Positions 42,586-57,050 of a stretch of DNA of 64,000 nt are shown piece after piece. The stretch lies in assembly GCF_009914755.1 (NCBI RefSeq), contig NC_060939.1. One strand, written 5' to 3'. The first letter of the stretch is position 1; each line of letters opens with the position of its first letter. The notes below the pieces were generated by a model, which was not told the DNA's origin, made no database searches, and saw only the letters and a program-made list of their open reading frames with translations. This stretch comes from the human T2T-CHM13v2.0 reference genome, Homo sapiens. The translations under genes and the position numbers were made by a program.

Positions 42586-42855
42586 TAGGGTCTCACTCTG
42601 TCACACAGGCTGGAGTACAATGGCACAATCATAGCTCACTGCAACCTTGACCTTCTGGGCTCAAGCTATCCTCCGAGCTCAGTCTCCTGAGTAGTACAGA
42701 ACCATGCCACCATGCCCAGCTAATTTTTAATTTTTTGCAGAGACAAGGTATTGCTATGTGGCCCAGGCTGGTCTCAAACTCCTGGCCTCAAGTGATCCTC
42801 CCACCTCAGCCTCCCAAAGCACTAGGATAACAGGCATGAGCCACCAAGCCCAGTC
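42556..42855 (-). mobile_element. AluJ
   Basis: Diverged dimer with long poly-T. Confidence 0.88.
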
Positions 42856-43045
42856 TACCACATGGTTTTTAACTTATAGTGGCAATAATAACTTGAAAGG
42901 ACTACTCCCACTAAAAGCATATTTAACTACTTTCTATATGTAGATTCACAAAAATAAGCATAAGAAGCTGTCTCCCTCTCTCCTCCCCAAGATATACAGA
43001 GTTGCTCTCTGGAAGGCTATTTCACCCCAGTATGCATATCTGATT

Positions 43046-43319
43046 CAGGGCTGACTTATCCATGAGGCATAGTAGGCAGAGTGCCTAGGGCCCATGATAT
43101 TTTCAAGAGCCCACAAAACTGTTTCAATTTTCATTTATTTCAAAATCAGAGGAAAAATGAATATAATAGTAATGGATACATAATAATGAATCTAACCTGG
43201 ATTATATTTGTCTTTATACTGACATATTCATCAAACATAATTTTTCATGTGTTTTTATGGAGGAAGGGACCCACAAAGGCAAAAGTGCCTAGAGCCCACA
43301 GAAGACATACACAGCCCCG
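43046..43319 (+). mobile_element. hAT-Tip100 MITE (ORSL-like)
   Basis: TIRs CAGGGCTG...CAGCCCCG; 8-bp TSD ATCTGATT/GTCTGATT; repeated agtgcctag.gccca subterminal motif. Confidence 0.75.
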
Positions 43320-43542
43320 GTCTGATTCATCCTACCCTACACCCCATAAACATACTAAGGCAGTAATGTGTTCTGGCTCCACAACCCCCACATTTTGGAA
43401 TAAAGAACAGCTAAGCTGGTTTAAAGAAGGCCTCTAATTATGTACTTCTTTTGCTTCCCATATTTCTAAACTAATGAGATCTGAATTAGGTATTTTACCC
43501 ATAAACAACCTTCTTCCTGATTGCGGAAAAGCATGTGTACAA

Positions 43543-43852
43543 TTTTTTTTCTTTTCTTTTCTTTTTTTAGAGACTAGGTCCCAGTCTGTCACTCAGGCAG
43601 GAGTGCAGTAGCACAATCAGAGCTCACTGAAGCCTCAATCTCCTGGGTCCATGTGATCCTCCCACCTCAGTCCCCCAAGGAGCTGGAACTACAGGCACGT
43701 GCCACCATGCCCGGCTACTTTTTAAATTTTTGGTAGAGACAGGGGTCTCACTGCGTGGCCCACTCTGGTCTAAAACTCCTGACCTCAAGCGATCCTCCTA
43801 CCTCAGCCTCCTGAAGTGCTGAGATTGCAGGTGTGAGCCACTGCACCCTGTC
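43543..43852 (-). mobile_element. AluJ
   Basis: Diverged dimer. Confidence 0.88.
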
Positions 43853-43997
43853 ACTTGTACACTTCAAAACAATTTGTCTTTGGGCCTCTCATACAAGCTA
43901 TAAGGAAAGAGTGAATTTCAAAGAACAAACAGAAAATAGACTGTAATCATAAATAGACTGTAATCATAATGTTTTAAACATTTGAGTCAAGGGGCTA

Positions 43998-44417
<420 letters not shown>

Positions 44418-45624
44418 TCATATTTTCACACACATCATCAATGTCCTATGCTTCCCAATGATGTTGTGAAAGTGCATAGAAATGTAAGGGCAACTTTATT
44501 AAAGGCTGCAGACGTGAACTTTCTCACTGAGATAAAATATCATCTCTGCATGATTTTTCCCTCTGACAACTCCAGGCTGATTAGATCTCCAGTCTGTGCC
44601 CCTCTGGCAAAGATACCACTTGTAGGTAAATATACCACTTGTAGGCAAATATACCACTTATAGTGATGTTTAATAAACTATTTTAAGTTATCCTTGCTAC
44701 CATCAACTTAAAAATTGTATTAGAATACATATATTTTATTGAATTATAAAAAGCCATTTGAAGTCAAGGTTGGTGCTACCTCACAAATTATAAGGACTCA
44801 AAAATGTTTGTGGAGTGACTAAATAAATGAATGCATGTTTTAGGTTAAAATAAAAAGCTCTCCAGACTATTGCCAGATCTACAGAAACTGATGTCTTCTA
44901 AAGATGTGTCAGTCCCACTCATGATGATACAAATGATGGTGATCATTTTATCACATCAGTCTTGCAGGTCATGGGCCATTGTAACAAGTCCAAGAAGAAG
45001 TGACTGGCCTCAGCTTTCTCTGCCAGTCACTGTCAGGAAGCGAATGCAGACACAGTTACACAGCCAAAACTTAGACTCACTATATAGCAATTAGCATTTG
45101 TCTGTAAAATGAAGTTCTGTGTGAGGAGGATTAACAAGTTCCATTCCTCATCAAAAAACTGTCAATTAACTAATTAATGTGTCAATTAACTAATTAATAA
45201 AAAAACAATTATGTACACAGTATTTGTGCCAAAAATGTTTAACCCAAATTACTTTAGAAGAAATTAAACCATGCTAGAATATTCAATAAAATGGTTAGAC
45301 TAGACATTCCCAAAATTCAAAATAATGAAAAATTATTTTAAATTTAAAAGAAAATAAAGGAATTAGCCAAATTCAGTTTACGAACATTGATTGGATACTG
45401 TACCAAAAATTAAAACCAATTCCAAGAGATGAGATGTACTGGGGACTACTGAGGAAAGTGAAAAATGGGATATATGCCATTTATCAATGTTACATTTCTC
45501 AGGTATGGTGATGATAATGTGGGTATGCAGGAGAATGTCCTTGTTCTTAGGGGATGTGTGCTGAAGTATTTGGGGTAAGTGTCATGATGTCTACAACATT
45601 TGACAAAAACAACAGAAACCTGTG

Positions 45625-48600
45625 TGTCATAAAGACTCACATAAACTTAAGGTAATGGGGTGGAAAAAGATATTCTATGCACATGGACAACAAAAGCAAG
45701 CAGAAGTAGCTATTCTCATAACAGACAAAAGAAACCTTAAAGCAACAGCAGTTAAAAAAGACAAAGAGGGAAATTATATAATGATAAAAGGACTAGTCCA
45801 AAAGGAGATTATCACAATGTTAAATATATATGCACCTAACACTTGAGCTCCCAAATTTATAAAACAATTACTACTAGACCTAAGAAACAAGATAGACAGC
45901 AACACAATAATAGTGGGAGACTTTAGTACTCTACTAACAGCACTAGACGGGTCATCAAGACAGAAAGTCAACAAGGAAACGATGAACTTAAACTATACCC
46001 TAAAACAGATGGACTTAACAGATATTTACAGAACATTCTACCCAACAAATGCAGAATACACATTCTATTCATCAGCACATGGAATATTCTCCAAGACAGA
46101 CCATATGAAAGTCCACAAAACAAGTCTCAACAAATTTAAGAAAATTGAAATTATAGCAAGTACTCTCTTAAACCACAGTGGAATAAAATTGGAAATCAAC
46201 TCCAAAAGGAACCCTTAAAACCATGCAAATAAATGGAAATTAAATAACCTGCTCCTGAATGATCATTGGGTCAACAATGAAATCAAGATGGAAATTTAGA
46301 AATTCTTCAAACTGAACAATAATAGTGACACAACCTAACAAAACCTCTGGGATACAGCAAAAGCGGTGCTAAGAGGAAACTTCATAGCATTAAATGCCTA
46401 CATCAAAAAGTCTGAAAGAGCACAAATAGACAATCTAAGGTCACATCTCAAGGAACTAGAGAAACAAGAACAAACCAAACCCAAGCCCAGCAGAAGAAAA
46501 GAAATAACCAAGATCAGAGCACACTAAATGAATTTGAAACAAAAAAAAACCACACAAAAGACAAATGAAACAAAAAGCTGAATCTTTGAAAAGGTAAATA
46601 AAATTGATAGACCATTAGTGAGATTAACCAAGAAAAGAAGAGAGAAGATCCAAATAAGCTCAATTAGAAATGAAACAGGAGATATTACAACCAATACCAC
46701 AGAAATACAAAAGATCATTCAAGGCCACTATGAACACCTTTACATCCATAAACTGGAAAACCTAAAGGAGATGAATAAATTCCTGGAAATATACAACCCT
46801 CCTAGATTAAACCGGGAACAAACAGAAACTCTGAACAGACCAATAACAAACAGTGAGATTGAAATGGTAATTTAAAAGTTGCCAACAACAAAAAAGTCCA
46901 GGATCACAAGAATTCACAAATGAATTCTATCAGACATTCAAAGAATTGGTACCAATCCTTTTGACACTATTCCACAAGATAGACAAAGAGAGAATCCTCC
47001 CTAAATCATTCTATGAAGCCAGTATCACCCTAATACCAAAACCAGGGATGGACATAACAAAAAAAAAAAACTACAGAACAATATCCTTTATGAATATAGA
47101 TGTAAAACTCCTCAACAAAATACCAGCTAACCAAATCCAACAACATATCAAAAAGATTCTCCAACATAATCAAGCGAGTTTCATACCAGGGATGCAGGGA
47201 TGGTTTAACATACACAAGTCAATAAATGTGATACACCACATAAAGAGAATTAAAAACAAAAATCACATGATCATCTCAATAGATGCAGAAAAAGTATTTG
47301 ACAAAATCCAGCATCCCTTTATGATTAAAACCCTCAGCAAAATCAGCATAGAAAGAGCACACCTTAAGTTAATAAAAGCCATCTATGACAAACCCACAGC
47401 CAACATTATATTGAATAGGGAAAAGTTGAAAGCATTCCCCCTGAGAACTGGAACAAGACAAGGATGCCCATTTTCACCACTTCTATTCAACATAGTACTG
47501 GAAGTCCTAGCCAGAGCAATCAGACAAGAGAAAGAAATAAAGGGCATCCAAATCAGTAAAGAGGAAGTCAAACTGTTGCTGTTTGCTGATGACATGATCA
47601 CACACCTAGAAAACCCTAAAGACTCTTCCAAAAAGCTCCTAGAAACGGTAAATGAATTCATCAGTTTCAGGATACAAAATTAATATACACAAATCAGTAG
47701 CCCTGCTATACACCAACAGCAATCAAGCTGAGAATCAAATGAAGAACTCAAACCTTTTTATCATAGCCATAAAAAAGATACTTAGGAATATACTTAACCA
47801 AGGAGGTGAAAGACCTCTACAAGGAAGACTATAAAACACTGCTGAAAGAAATCATAGATGACACAAACAAATGGAAACACATGCTCATGAATGGGTAGAA
47901 TCAATATTGTAAAAATGACTATACTGCCAAAAGCAATCTACAAATTCAATGCAATTCCCATCAAAATACCAACATCATTTTTCACAGAACTAGAAAAAAC
48001 AATACTAAAATTCATGTGGAACCAAAAAGAGCCCACATAGCCAAAGCAAGACTAAGCAAAAAGAACAAATCTAGAAGCATTACATTACCCGACTTCAAAC
48101 TATACTATAAGGCCCTAGGCACCAAAACAGCATAATACTGGTATAAAAACAGGCATGTAGACCAATGCAACAGAATAGAGAAGCCAGAAGTAAAGCTAAA
48201 TATTTACAGTCACCTGATCTTCGACAAATCAAACAAAATCATCAATGGGGGAAAGGATACCCAATTTAACAAATGGTGCTGGGATAATTGGCAAGCCACA
48301 TGTGGAAGAATGAAACTGGATTCTCATCTCTCACCTTATACAAAAATCAACTCAAGATGAATCAAAGACTTAAATCTAAGAACTGAAACTATAAAAATTA
48401 TAGAAGATAACATCAGAAAAACCCTTCTAGACACTGGCTTACGCAAAGATTTCATGACCAAGAACCCAAGAGCAAATGCAACAAAAACAAACATAAATAA
48501 ATGGTACTTCATTAAACTAAAAAGCTTCTGCACAGCAAAAGAAATAATCAGCCAATAGACAACCCACAGTGTAGGAGAAAAATCTTCACAATCTATACAT

Positions 48601-49134
48601 CCGACAAAAGACTAATATCCAGAATCTACAAGGAACTCAAACAAATCAGCAAGAAAAAAAACAAACGGATCCCATCAAAAAGTGGCCTAAGGACATGAAT
48701 AGACAATTCTCAAAAGAGGATATACAAATGGCCAACAAATATATGAAAAAATGCTCAACATCACTAATTATCAGGGAAATGCAAATCAAAACCACAATGT
48801 GATACCACCTCCCTGCTGCAAGAAAGGCCATAATCAAAAAATAATAAATGTTGATGTAGATGTGGTAAAAAGGAAATATGTTTACACTGTTGGTGGGAAT
48901 GTAATCTAGTACAACCATTATGGAAAACAGTGTGAAGATTCCCTGAAGAACTAAAAGTAGATCTACCATTTGACCCAGCAATCCCACTCCTGGGTATCTA
49001 CCCAGAGGAAGAGAAGTCATTATACAAAAAAGATACTTGCACATGCATGTTTATAGCAGCACAATTCTCAATCGCAAAAAATATGGAAGCAGCCAAAATG
49101 CCCATCAATCAACGAGCAAATAAAGAAAATGTTG

Positions 49135-49179
<45 letters not shown>

Positions 49180-49560
49180 ATATATACACTATGGAATACT
49201 ACTCAGCCATAAGAATGAACGAAATAATGGCATTTGCAGCAACCTGGATGGAATTGGAGACCATTATTCTAAGTGAAGTAACTCAGGAATGGAAAACCAA
49301 ACATCATATGTCCTCACCCATAAGTGGGAGCTAAGCTATGAGGATGCAAAGGCATAAGAATGATACAATGGATTTTGGGGACTTGGGGGAAAGGGTGGCA
49401 GGGAGAGTGAGGGAAAAAAGACTACAAATTGGGAACAGTGTATACTGCTCAGGTGATGGGTGCACCAAATCTCAGAAATCACCACTAAAGAACTTACTCA
49501 TGTAACCAAACACTACCTATTCCCCAAAAACCTACTGAAATTTGAAAAAAAAAAAAAAAA
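45625..49560 (+). mobile_element. 5'-truncated L1PB (~3.9 kb) with disrupted ORF2, inserted in an older L1M 3' end
   Basis: EN and RT fragments (46946-47683 contains GTRQGCP and LFADDMI); many stops and frameshifts; L1PB 3' UTR and poly-A; (CA)n at ~49138-49176. Confidence 0.93.
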
Positions 49561-50769
49561 GACCCCACGTGTGTGTTTGTACATATGAGGGCACGTGTTT
49601 GTATAGAAAAAGAGACAGACAGTAAGGAAGCACATGTGGCAAAATAGTAATAATTGTATAATTAAGGTGAAGGGTTTCTGCGTGTTCATCATATCATTCT
49701 TTCAATTCTGTAAAATTCAACATTTTCAAAATTAAAAGTTAGGGGAAATGTAAATAAAAATAATGTTATTGAGAAATGTTTAAAGACATAAAAGATGTCT
49801 GTGATTATAATTCTAAGTTTAAAGAGGAGGTTTCAAAATAATGTACAGGATAATTCCATTTGGGGATATATATTTGGATCGATATACACAAATACATTAA
49901 TAGAGGTCACTATAATTAGAGCCCTGTAAAGTTGTGCAACACAGCAACCTCAAGTAGTTATTTCTAGGTGGCATGATTACAGCGACTTATGCTTTCTTAT
50001 TTTTATTTCCAAAAATTTCCTACTTTTACATATATGCATTAATATATACATATACATATGAATTACTGTTTAAGAGAATAAGACCTGGATCTCAGATCAT
50101 GTCAGAACACATCAAAAGTTTGCAACACTGGGTCCTGTTGAAAACTTGTTTGTGTTAAAGTCAGTTAATCTTATCTTCACACTATTAAGATTGTATATAA
50201 ATAAATCATTTTACAGGAAAAAAATGGGTGGCAATAATTCTAGACTCCTGATTAGCATTGGGAATATGAATATATTGCCCCAGAGGGCATAATTAATGGC
50301 CTGTGGGTGGGAACCACATTGAGACAGAGTTCAGCTCATTATGAGACTAAATGTTGCAATGAATAAGTATCCAATAAGAGAATGAAGTGCATCATGATAT
50401 AATTACCTGCAGAAGTAGGTTAACCACCTATCAGGGACGATATTGGAAGGAAGGACAGGGCACTATGTAAACTCTAATCCAGCCTTTAGTCTCTAAAGAG
50501 TCTATGGTCAAAAATAAAGAAAACAGCCATAATAGGTTGGACACACGTCCACTGAAGGAAAAAGTACATAATAGCCTGTCACTGACTAACTAGAGACAAA
50601 AGAGACAATCAACACTCTCTGGTGTGGATGCTATATTAAAGAAATTGGATTCAGCAAACTGAAAAGTGTTAATAATACTATTAATTACTCAACCAAATTA
50701 CTCAACCTAAAAAACAAAGTGTGTTTTCTGCTATCATGATCAAAATTATTTCTAACTATACGAACTCTG

Positions 50770-51180
50770 TTTTAAATGTTGGTGTGTTCACACAATGGAA
50801 CACTGCTTTGAAATTTAAAATGAAGAACAAACTATTAATACATGCAACTGTATAGGTATATGTCAAAAACCTTATGCTGAGCAAAAGCAGCAATACGAAA
50901 GAACACATACTGTATGATTTCATTTATATTCATTTCAAAAGTAGGTAAAACTGATCTGACAGAAATCAAAAGATGGTCACAGTGAGTGTAGAAAGAATGA
51001 ACGAAAAGGAGCACAAGGGAACTTTCTGGGGTGATAGAAATCAATGTTCTATATCTTGTTTTATACACCCTTTGTAGTTACATGGGTGTATATAATCGTC
51101 GAAGTTCACTGAGCTGAACACCTAGACCTGTGTGCTTTTTATATATAAATTAAACTTCCATGAAAAAATTAAAATTATAT
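50770..51180 (+). mobile_element. L1ME-like 3' end
   Basis: catactgtatgatt.cattta...ggaactttctggggtgatagaaa. Confidence 0.7.
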
Positions 51181-51224
51181 TTTTAAAATATCACTTTGCA
51201 TCATTGGAAGAACTCAAAACTTAC

Positions 51225-51252
51225 CACGCAATTTCTTTTCACTGCAGAACAT
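51225..51252 (-). CDS. ATP8B4: ATP8B4 first coding segment (MFCSEKKLR plus first base of E), within the 70-nt exon 51225-51294
   Basis: Minus strand reads ...ttctttttcttag|GTAGGCC...GGTATAATA ATG TTC TGC AGT GAA AAG AAA TTG CGT G|gtaagt. Acceptor and donor are canonical. The peptide matches the ATP8B4 N-terminus as I recall it and joins the next exon in frame (phase 1). Confidence 0.95.
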
Positions 51253-51294
51253 TATTATACCTGATCTTTCACCAGGTCTCAACAGGTGGCCTAC
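51253..51294 (-). other. ATP8B4: 5' UTR portion (42 nt) of the ATP8B4 start-codon exon
   Basis: Lies between the acceptor AG (51295-51296) and the ATG at 51252. Confidence 0.85.
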
Positions 51295-51549
51295 CTAAGA
51301 AAAAGAAGTATGCATATTAGTATCTGAAAAATGCACAATAACTATAAATTTACCTCCTTTAACTTTCTTCCTAGACAAATCTAGGTAATTAGGAAGTCAC
51401 TGACACAGGAAAGAACAACAGATTTAATTTATGAGGCTTTAGTCCAGCCAGATAAGAATAATTCTGTACAAAAATAATCTATTTGTATTTTAAAGGCCGT
51501 ATGAGACAACTCAAGGTAAGCACAAATGCGCCACTCAATTTGGCATTCA

Positions 51550-51670
51550 AATTGAATCAAATATATCTCAAATCCTGTGAATCAGAATATCTCAGGGGTG
51601 AGGTTCCAGAATCTGCCTTTTATTTAAATGCCATAGGTGATTCTTTCACAAGCCACAGCTGAGAACCACA
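51550..51670. mobile_element. MER5-type fragment
   Basis: gaatcagaa...gaatctgc...ggtgattct...tgagaaccac. Confidence 0.6.
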
Positions 51671-52399
51671 ACTGAACTTCGAGAGCTATGTGTGACAGGA
51701 AATTATTGCCCAGGCTCTAGAGAAACAAAATGCAATCCAAAACTTTTCCTCAATTTATTCCCATGAACGTAGTCTTCTCCAGGCAGTTATTTTTTTTAAA
51801 CCAGAATAATATCATTATTATATTTCATTTTTTCCCTACATGTGGTCTAATTTTCTTCACATTGTAAACTCTTAGAGATTTAGAATGATAAATGAAGGAG
51901 CAAACAAGTAATTTCAAACATTCAAAACCCAAAAGACCAAGGAAATAAATGCACCTTTGCAAACACATGACAGTGCAGGCAGAGGTACTGACCACATGCT
52001 CTTTCAGTTAGAAAAAAAATGACTGGTTTGCTTCCTGCTCAGGAAAGTGGTGTGGCAGGATGCGGCCAACACACATAAAGAAGAAGTTGGTCAGTCATAT
52101 GGTGACCAGAGAAGGGGAAGAACAACACTTATGGCTTAGTAGTTACAAGAAAAGAGGTTGCAGAGGAAGTTCATCAACACGCACTGCTCCACTACAGATC
52201 CCCGAGAAGTCTAAAAAGCCTGAGACCATCATTTCTTCCTTTTCTGGCCCCTGGAGTATGCCTAACAAATAGGGTCAGTGATACTTTGCAGGACCCAGTG
52301 TTTTCTAGGGGCCAGGTTACTAAAACTTACGAATCCAAGCAAGGACATAGGGGTGTCGCTGCCGGGTGTTGCTAAAAGCAAGGCTAGGTCATCAAATAT

Positions 52400-53210
52400 G
52401 ACCCCATCAGTAACTCCCCTGTTGCTCCCTCCACATCTTCAACCAGCTGCCAGCAAGGCTGCCCAAGACCATCCCTCCTAGCCCCGCCTCTCTACTCCCC
52501 CACCCCAGCCCCAGGCAGTGGGTTATCTCCAGGACATGCCTGCTGACCAGTGCTTGCTCTCCCTCTATGTTCCTCCCTTGTTCCAGGCTTGGCCACCTGT
52601 AGACCAGTCTCCACATCAAAGCCAGAGTTATCATTATAAAGGGGAATGGCATCATGTCACACCCCTGCTAAAAACCCTGCAAACACCTCTTGTTGGCCTC
52701 AGGAAAAAAACTCTAACATGACTCCTAGGACCTTCTGCGACTTGATCCCTGCTCATCTTTCCAGCCTGTTTCCTCATCACTCTCCTTCCCTGCTCCCATG
52801 CTTCCCTGCACCGCCTCATGTCTGCACTCCAGAAATATACAACTCAGCCTCTTTCCATTTGGGGGCCTTCACACATGCTCTTCCCTCTGCCTGTAGCCAT
52901 CTGTCTCCACCCCCTTTATCCGACTAGCTCCTATTCATCTGTCCAATGTCAACTCATATTTCATTTCCTTTAGGAGGCCTTCTCTGACCTCCCCAAATCA
53001 GAGATAGGAGGAGCACTTCCTGTGTGTTCCCGTAGAACCTGGCACTGCCCATGTGAGAGCCCCTATCACTCTAGAATACATTTTTCTATTATATCGGCTA
53101 TTTCCCCATTATTCCACAAACTCTTTTAGGACAAGGCTCCATAGCTGTATCTCCAGCATCTAATGCCTGTCTGGCACGTAGTAATGCTCAGTAAACACTT
53201 GTTGAATGAA
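52400..53210 (+). mobile_element. L2 3' region
   Basis: Typical L2 sequence ending ctcagtaaacacttgttgaatgaa. Confidence 0.75.
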
Positions 53211-56171
53211 AAATTAATTTATATTAGAAATGGAGGAAGGGCTTCCAGATGCTAAAAGACACTTTCCTTTTAGCAACTATCCCTCCCTGGATCCCAGACC
53301 CCGGCCCCAAAATGTCCTAGATCTGCCTTCCCAAGCTGGAGTGGCTGCAGCTTTTTTGGCTGCTCCCTCCTGTTTTCTGGTCCCTATCTTCCTACACACC
53401 CTTATCTTCAGCCTGGGAAGAACCTCAAAGCATGAGCAAAACTGGGTTAGCAATAGGAAGAGTGCTGCAGGCAAATTGAAGAGCAGAAGAAAGAAGAGAA
53501 AATGAGCAAACCTGGGGAGAGGAGGCACTAGAGTTATAAAGGAAGATTCACAAAAAGGATGTTTGGTGGTAAAGACTTCCTGTCAAAAATACCACAGACA
53601 AAAGTGAGTTTTCATCCATGAAGGACTTTGTTGTTTCTTTGTTTCACAAAATACTCAAAAAACAAACAAAAAACAAAATTGTTTTTGTTTCACGAATAGT
53701 CATAGCAACAAATACAAAATGGTATTGGGCAGGTGAATGAATTCTGTGACAACGACATCTGTATCTGGTGGCCCCACTTGGCCAGAGGGTAAAGGCTCAT
53801 CAGCAAGCTCTAAGCCAACTTGTCAGGGCTTGAAAATTCTCCAGTGGGACTAAGTCAACATGTTCTGTGTTCATTGGCTGAGTCCCCAGAGCAGAGGAAA
53901 GGAAGAACAATTCTTCAAGCAAGATGAAAAAAAAGGGGACTCTACACCCAAACAGCGGCAATGAGAATGCAAGCAGAAGACATTTATCTCTCAGAAAGCT
54001 AATCAAAGTACCAGGCACTTGGCAGCTTATCCTTTCTTTGTCCTTATTGGATGCTAGATTGGTGTGAGGGACTGGTACTAACAGTTAACAAACATGAACT
54101 TAATACAATTGTGTAATATAAGGTAACTAAGGAGAATATATCCATGTAACCTCTTCTCTATCTTATTTTAGATCTTCCTGCTAGCACTTCTCATTTTAAA
54201 AGTTCCTAGACATTCAAACATAAAGCAATGTCATATTCTTCCATATTCTTCCTAAAATTACTTTTAAAACATACAGCTATGTTGCTACTGTTAATTTCTC
54301 CAATACCATCTTCCAAAGTGTCTTTGAAACCTTTTATTTTGAACATACTGAATAAATCCATTTTTCAATTTTAGCCATTTTTCATTTTGTAGAAAATATT
54401 CTGTCACGGTAATTATATAATCACTATTGCATGAAATAAACAATATTTCTATAAGATTTCCAGAAGTTGTTTCTTATTAATGATCCTAGTCAAGTGTTGT
54501 CACTCTAAAACATAAAGTAACATCGAAAAAATAAGAATTGACATTCAAGTCCATGTTTCCTCAAATCCAGTCTTTTTCTAGTAGCAATGGCAATCAGGTA
54601 TACTTTACGGAGGACTCATAGTAATGTAGCAGATTCTAGTTTAACTCTAGAAGCAACATTTAGTCCTGTCATTCTTGCAAATTTATCAACTCACCGAAAT
54701 ACCACCACTGACACTCGCTCCACCTCTAAAGGTTGTCAGAGTAAAGAAAAAGTCATCTTTCATTGAACTTTTGGAACAGTAAAGATCTAAGGAAATAGAT
54801 TAAACAAAATCAGTTGAAAGAAAAAGGTTTGCTAAAGTCAAGTCTAGCTCTAGAAGCAGGAACTTAGGATTTTGAAATTTAACCCTTTACAAGTACTGAA
54901 GCAAACAATATTTACAAGAATAAGTTCTCCCTCTTAAAAACTGCCTCAAAGTAGAGGAAATGGAAAAGGGAAAGCTGCTAGATGAGTCTTATGTTACCCT
55001 TAGCTTCATCTTATGCCAGGGATTAAAATGGTAGTTTCTTCATGTGAAAATCCTAGAGGGTTGCTTTTAATAAGGGAAGTGTGAGAAAGTAGAGAGAGGA
55101 ATGTAGCAAATAATAGCTAAGGACTTTACATATATTAATTTAAAAAGCAGTGCATATTTGTTTTAAAGATTGAAATTCATACTTCCATAAATACTTTTTT
55201 TTTTTACATTTCAAGTTTGGGTGTTGAATCTTGGTCACAGAAAATAGTTTTCTAATGCAAGAAATAGCAAAGTCAAAAGAAGATGCCAGTTTGTACAGGG
55301 AAATTAAAGAGTTGGTTTTAGACACCTTGATATTGAAGATACCAAGACCTCCATGCTGGAACTGCTATTTAAGCATCCTGTGAGGAAGAGGGCAGCCTTC
55401 CACAAGGAAGTCTCTTCTTACAGTGAAAATGGGCACATCTGGGTGCAGGTGACTCAACACTTTAAGCAAAGAATTAAAATGGAGAGTCTCTTTAATGATC
55501 TGAGGCCGTTCAGCAGTCAAGTTATTACAGCTAATTCCCCTTGCTCTGATTCCATGCTCACCAAGCAACCTGCTGATAATAATTTGCTTTCCCACAGAAG
55601 CCTGCCCACAGGGAAAGAATGCACTTGTCATGCTGAAGTGAACATTCTGGTTCTCCTGACAGTTAGAGTATGTATTTTAAATTAATAAATTGTCATTCTT
55701 ATTTTATATCATCAGTTTCCTGAGCTACTATTAATCTGCCCCCAGAAAGATCTGTTTTGGGTGTGCTATTGAATTATGGTCCAAAGTCTACAGGACAAAT
55801 GGCCCACTCTGGCCATAGTAAACTCACCAAAAGCCATCCAAGAGAACAGCCCTCGGAGCTGTTCGGGGGGATGGGGAAGCAGGACATGGTAGAAGCCTGT
55901 CCTTTGGGGCCACACGCCCTGTTCTTGGATTCCTGCTTTTTCTACTAACTCATTACAGAATCTGGGGCAAATAAGCTCTGTAAACCTCAGAGCCAACCTG
56001 GGTGGGTCGTGGGGACAGGGCACATAATGAGAGTGTACATTTGATATTAGTTATCTTAAAGGCAGACCATTGATGTCTCTTTGTCAACATTTCTGCATAA
56101 ACATTAGGAACAAATGAGGACAGCGAGTGTAACTCCTTTAAGACATTCTGCAATAAAAGAAAGGAGATAAT

Positions 56172-56306
56172 GGCTGGGCGGGGTGGCTCATGCCTGTAAT
56201 CCCAACACTTTGGGAGGCTGAAGTGGGAGGATTGTTTGAATCCAGAAGTTCTAGACCAGCCTGAGCAAATTGTGAGACCTGGTCTCTATAAAAATAAATA
56301 AATAAA
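56172..56306 (+). mobile_element. Alu monomer (FLAM-like)
   Basis: Left-arm monomer with (TAAA)n tail. Confidence 0.85.
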
Positions 56307-56844
56307 TGGACATAAGGGTGAACAGGTGATGGGACTTAAAGAGAAGCTCTGTTTGCAGTGAGGAGCTAGAGGGCATGTGGTAAACTGAGGGGTTGGGGCC
56401 AGTGGAAAGAGAAAGATTGAAAATATGAAGTAGAGTGACAGAAAAGCAAAGGAATTAGAGGAGATTGGAAAAAGGGAAAAGGAAGGAGCCAGGGCAGTTG
56501 AGGAAGAGACAGGAACAGTGCAGGCCAGGAAAAAGCACAGGCAGAGCCTTGGCAGCCCCCCTTGCTGGCCCAGAGACCTGCCCAGGCGAGCCCCTCCCTG
56601 TCTGTCTCCTATCTGAGAGCCTAGGGAGTAACTGAAGTGTCCCCACCAGGGTGGGGATCTTCTACTTCCTTTGGGTGTGGGTGCTCTCCAGTTCTCTGAA
56701 GACTCAGGAAAAAGCAGGCCAAGGAGGAAGGGACCCAATATGGAACATGCCCAAGCCCAGACTCAATATCTAACGTGCCCAACCCCAGATCTCCTTCTAT
56801 GCTCCTTTCTCTGTTCCGTTCGGCTTGCCTCCTCTCCTCTTTGG

Positions 56845-57050
56845 AGGCAGAGTGTTACACAGGAGAGACTTTTAGAATAGCAAGGTTCAAGTCCCAGTTC
56901 AGTGGCTTTCTATCTAGCATTACTTTGAGCAAGTCATGTACCCTGCCTGAGACTCAATCTCCACATCTGTAAAGTGGAGATGGGAATGCCTTCCTCCAAG
57001 CTGTGTGAGGTTAAGTACACAGGTAAGAACAGTTCACTCCATAAAAGTGT
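56845..57050 (+). mobile_element. MIR
   Basis: ggttcaagtcccag...ttgagcaagtca...catctgtaaagtgg. Confidence 0.7.

Noticed and set aside
46946-47683. 245-aa reverse transcriptase ORF
   Set aside because: It is a fragment of a dead, 5'-truncated L1PB ORF2 surrounded by stops and frameshifts, not a novel RT system.
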